Below, one piece after another: positions 59,224 through 64,000 of a stretch of 64,000 nt of DNA; position 1 is the stretch's first letter, and every line of letters starts with the position of its first letter. Under the pieces are notes generated by a model that saw only the letters and a list, made by a program, of their open reading frames with translations, was not told the origin of the DNA and made no database searches. Origin of the DNA: Octopus vulgaris (Eukaryota); assembly GCA_951406725.2 (NCBI GenBank), contig OX597824.1:12648001-12712000 (forward strand). Direction: 5' to 3'. The position numbers were made by a program, and so were the translations under genes.

Positions 59224-60871
59224 CTGGGTGCATAAGGTATTTGAAGACAGTTATATACTTACACAAAAATTACTCTTAGAAAAAGACAATAATGGCTTTT
59301 TACTGAAAAAGGTTTTGCGGATAAAAATATACTTATTGATTCGTCATTTTATTCAATAAAATCTTCAGTTTCAACGGCTCATATGCGAGGTCCGAATCGC
59401 CTGCATGTTAGGATCAAGTGGTCAGTGTTCATATTGGACATTACTCTGGCTATGGAGGCTTTTAAGGATTCTTTGGTGTTATGAGAATGCTCATTAATCT
59501 CTTTCTCAACTACGCTCCATGCATAGTAGTCCAATGGATTGAGATCTGGGGAGCTAGATGGCCAAAAATTGTGGGTTATGAGGTCATGAAAATTTTCAGC
59601 CATCCATTCATGTTTTGTTGTAGCCTTGTGTGATGGTGCTGAGTCTTGTTGAAACACATAAGGTCTTCCGTTGAGAACATTATCGATCCATGGCTTAATC
59701 ACTGTATTCAGGACATCTACGTAGACAGCAGAGTTTACTCAAAGCCCTTGTGGAAATGAGTGAGGAGGCATCACATGTCCTTCATTGCTTACAGCCTCCC
59801 AAAACCATGACAGTTGCGGGACATTTTGTGTGCATTACTCTTGGGATTTCCAAAGAGTAAGTACATAGCCATCTGTCATTTCTTCTGTTTACTTTCTGAT
59901 CTCGATGAAAGTTGTTCTTGCCTGAGAAGAACCAAATGACATCTTTATCTACTGGGTTTTAAAGCTGTTTCTGATTAAGTGATTTTCCTTCACGGTTTCT
60001 GACATGAAATGACCTTTTCTCATTGCATAAGATTTGTATCTGATGTCTTTGTGGACATTCCAGATTGTTCATTCTGACATCTGGTGTTCTTTTGCAATCA
60101 ACCTCATTGATCTTCTGGGATTATCATCAATGGTCTGCTTTACTTGTTGAATAAATTCTAGTGTTCTAAGTATATTAGTGCTTCTAAAATGTTTCTTAGG
60201 TTTTGATACTCTCTTTTACTCTTTTACTCTTTTACTTGTTTCAGTCATTTGACTGCGGCCATGCTGGAGCACCGCCTTTAGTCGAGCAAATCGACCCGGG
60301 GACTTATTCTTTGTAAGTCCAGTACTTATTCTATCGGGTTTTTTTGCCGAACCGCTAAGTGACGGAGACGTAAACACACCAGCATCGGTTGTCAAGCAAT
60401 GCTAGAGGGACAAACACAGACTCACAAACATATACACACACATACAAATATATATATATATACATATATACGACAGGCTTCTTTCAGTTTCCGTCTACCA
60501 AATCCACTCACAAGGATGTAGTCGGCCCAAGGCTATAGCAGAAGACACTTGCCCAAGATGCCACGCAGTGGGACTGAACCCAGAACCATGTGGTTGGTTA
60601 GCAAGCTACTTACCACACAGCCACTCCTGCGCCTATATATTTCCATCTTTAACCTCTAACTCCTTGCGAATTTTGTAGACGAAGCATCTAGCGACTTTTA
60701 AAAATCGTGCTATTTCTAAATTGCTATGTTCAGCCGTTAGAGCCGCGATGACTGCATGCCTCTTCATCTCATGTATCTGCCATTGATAATTCTGAAATAT
60801 ATAAAATATTAAGTTGATAAATAGTTGTTATAGTAAAATTAACGTATGTCCTCAAATACCGTACGCACCTT
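59224..60871 (-). mobile_element. Decayed DD37D (maT) Tc1/mariner transposon interrupted by a SINE
   Basis: FQQDSAPSH...SPDLNPLDY with 37 residues between the two Asp; TIRs GGGTGCATAAGGTATTTGAAGACA / AGGTGCGTACGGTATTTGAGGACA; TA flanks; SINE at 60208-60634. Confidence 0.85.
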
Positions 60872-61029
60872 ATATATATATATATGTATATATATATACA
60901 CAAGTGAAAACAAGAGAGACAGAGAAAGGCAGAAACAAGGAAAATGCCACTTATATTTGAAAACTATACAAATATTCCTTTAAAAAAACTGTTCTTTTAA
61001 TTTTTCTAAATTTAATTATTTAATCGTTA

Positions 61030-61067
61030 CAGTTGAAAAGGTCTCAAAATGACCGAAACCGGTACTG
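61030..61067 (+). ncRNA. Minimal hammerhead-like motif with U3/A8 core variant (decayed copy on minus at about 62819-62857)
   Basis: CAG-TTGAAAA-GGTC(tcaaaat)GACC-GAAA-CCGG-TA-CTG. Confidence 0.55.
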
Positions 61068-61115
61068 AAATGTTCTTTATAAAATTATTTTAGCATTTTC
61101 TATCTTGACTTGTTT

Positions 61116-61159
<44 letters not shown>

Positions 61160-61992
61160 CAGAATGAGATAAAAATCCAAGGCTGTGAAAGATTTCAGAA
61201 CATTTATAAAGCGAAGGTCTTATAGCTGTTTCCGGTATTGTAGAGAAAATATGAAATAGAGAGTGAAGAGGAGGAATGAAAACAGACGTGAGATATGCAG
61301 GGATATTGTATCTGCAGATCCATTATTTAAGCAGTTCCAACAGTGTTTAAAATTGGTCATTCCTAGCATAGAGTTTGTAAACGGTGTTATTGAATCGAGG
61401 GTTTCTTTGAAGTGAGTTAAAAGTTGGGAATGTGTTTATAAGGTCAAATCAAAAACAGGAAAAGAGAAAAAAGAAAGAGAGACAGAAAAGAAAAGCGGAG
61501 AGAGAGAGAGAGAGAGAGAGATAATAAAGAAATGAAGAGAGGGAAAGTGTACTGGTTAGTGGTCAGTCAGGATAAATTGATAGAAAGAATGGGGAAGTGA
61601 GGGTGATAGAGGGAGTGTAAAGAGATGAGAGTTTAAAGAGATGATAGAGTAAAGAGTAAAGGAGTGTCATATATGTAGTGATATAGCCTAAGTGAAGGGC
61701 AGAGAGACGGTGTAGGGGTAGTAAGATGGTGGAATTTGGGAGTACAGGTTACGCTGCTTAGAGGACAGGTCAGTGCTTAATAGTAGAAGATGTATACACA
61801 TGCATTGCATTAAACATGTATATAGATATTTACACACAACAACAGATACATATGCATACAAAACTCATGTATGTTACATGCATTCCGGTATATACACATT
61901 CATTTGTATCTAATTTTCACATATATAAAAATTCTTGCATACATAGAGGCATGTATGCAGGCCTGCAGATGCGCATAATTGTATGTGAGTGT

Positions 61993-62048
<56 letters not shown>

Positions 62049-62587
62049 GCACACACGCATATACACGTACAATGCAGAGACAGGTATGTGTAAATACAAG
62101 GCGGCGAGCTGGCAGAAACGTTTGCACGCCGGGCGAAATGCTTCGTGGTATTTCGTCTGCCGTTACGTTCTGAGTTCAAATTCCGTCGAGGTCGACTTTG
62201 CCTTTCATCCTTTCGGGGTCGATAAATTAAGTACCAGTTACGCACTGGGGTCGATATAATCGACTTAATACCTATGTCTGTCTTTGTTTGTTGTTTGTCC
62301 CCTCTATGTTTAGCCCCTTGTGGGTAGTAAAGAAATAGGTATGTGTAAATATATCAATATATCCACTATAAATCTGTGCTTATATAAAATATCTATTCCT
62401 AGAATCACATATACTCACATGTACCCGCTTTCATTCCTTTAAGTGCATACATATGCTTGCGCAACACGCATACACGTATATACTCGTGTACATACATATA
62501 CATATATATATATATATATATACATACACACCCACACATGCATACATAAATGCATACATACACACATATATGTATATATACTCACAT

Positions 62588-62626
<39 letters not shown>

Positions 62627-62707
62627 CATACACATATACATATATGTATATATACACACACACATACACACATATACATACATATATATATATATGTATA
62701 TATATAC

Positions 62708-62749
<42 letters not shown>

Positions 62750-63017
62750 AGAAGGTTGATATATATGGAAAAACAAGCCAAGGTTGAAAATGCTTAGATA
62801 ATTTTATAAAAAAACATTTCAGTACCGGTTTTAGTTATTGAGACTTTTTTCAACTGTGAATATGGAAAACAGTTAAGTTTTAGAAAAATTAATAGAAAAG
62901 TTTTTCAAAAGAATATTTGCAGAGTATTCAGATAGAAGGGGCGTTTTCCTTATTTCTGCCTGTTTCTGTGTCTCTTGTTTACCCTTGTGGGTTCGAGGTC
63001 GTTGTGAATTCTTGGTA

Positions 63018-63612
63018 GGGAGGAGGAGGAGGAGGAGGGGGAAGAAGAAAAAGAATAACAACAAGAACAACAAGAGGAAGGAGGAGGAGGAGAAGAAGAA
63101 GAAGAAGGAGAAAGAGAAGAAGAAGAAGAAGAAGAAGAAGAAGAAGAAGAAGGAGAAGAAGAAGGAGAAGAAGAAGAAGAAGAAGAAGAAGAAGAAGAAG
63201 AAGAAGGAGGAGGAGCAGGAGAAGAAGAAGAAGAAGGAGAAGAAGAAGAAGAAGAAGAAGAAGAAGAAGAAGAAGAAGAAGAAGAAGAAGAAGAAAAAGA
63301 AGGAGAAGAAGAAGGAGAAGAGGAAGGAGAAGAAGAAGAAGAAGGAGAAGAAGAAGAAGAAGAAGAAGAAGGGGAAAAGAAAAAGAAGAAGAAGGGGAAA
63401 AGAAAAAGAAGAAGAAGAAGAAGAAAAAGAAGGAGAAGAAGAAGGAGAAGAAGAAGAAGAAGAAGAAGAAGAAGAAGAAGAAGAAGAAGAAGAAGAAGAA
63501 GAAGAAGGGGAAAAGAAAAAGAAGAAGAAGGGGAAAAGAAAAAGAAGAAGAAGAAGAAGAAGAAGAAGAAGAAGAAGAAGAAGAAGAAGAAGAAGCAGAA
63601 GAAGAAGAAGAA
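63018..63612. repeat. (GAA)n/(GGA)n polypurine tract
   Basis: Direct reading. Confidence 0.97.
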
Positions 63613-64000
63613 TGCGGGAGTGCCATGATGATAGTATGTTACATAGTCAAGTGCCCTGAAACGTGCCCCTTTGAGATGGTAGTACGGATTGAATACCTGA
63701 AGCATATCTTTTGAATGTTTTGTTTATAAAATTTGCGTAGGTGTTATTCTAAACAGCAACAGTGATAAAGTTAGGAAGGAGGTGGCGGAGAGGAAGATGA
63801 GGAAGAAGAAGAAACAGAAGGGAGGATAAGAAGGAATGTAGGTAGTATGATAGCAGTAAGGTGTTGAATGGTCAAATGACCTAGAATTGATTCGTTATGG
63901 ATTATAGCAGTGATTGGGAGTGTTTTTAATGAATTCCTGGGAATCTCTTGAGCGTATCATTTTTAATATTTGCGTGTGTGTTTGTGCTATTCTAAGACTG

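Noticed and set aside
62950-63705. Poly-Ser/Leu/Phe and poly-Lys/Glu ORFs
   Set aside because: (GAA)n microsatellite artefacts.

Overview
AT-rich, microsatellite-dense animal genomic DNA. The SINE families and repeat landscape suggest an octopus or other coleoid cephalopod; this is an inference. The window holds a tandem cluster of three paralogous clan-2 (CYP2-like) cytochrome P450 genes. Gene A (minus strand, 28783->2379) has 8 exons and encodes 499 aa. Gene B (plus strand, 37804->47723) has 8 exons, encodes 499 aa and has a GC-AG first intron. Gene C (minus strand) has exons 3-8 at 58900->50860, with exons 1-2 not found in the window. All matching exons have identical lengths and phases (370/226/127/157/137/97/207/179 nt). 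Introns and spacers are packed with tRNA-derived SINEs, Tc1/mariner/maT and Helitron relics, and non-LTR retrotransposons that each sit in their own microsatellite type (R4/Dong-like in TAA, Tx1-like in TATC, CR1-like in TA). The most striking signal is a set of non-coding, often palindromic elements embedded in (TA)n tracts. They carry about ten minimal hammerhead-ribozyme-like motifs (CUGANGA-stem II-GAAA-palindromic stem III-UH), which fits Penelope-like pseudo-LTR or retrozyme-type elements. Some motifs lie on the CYP pre-mRNA strand. Most long ORFs in the supplied track are microsatellite artefacts. Repeat boundaries are approximate and were read by eye.
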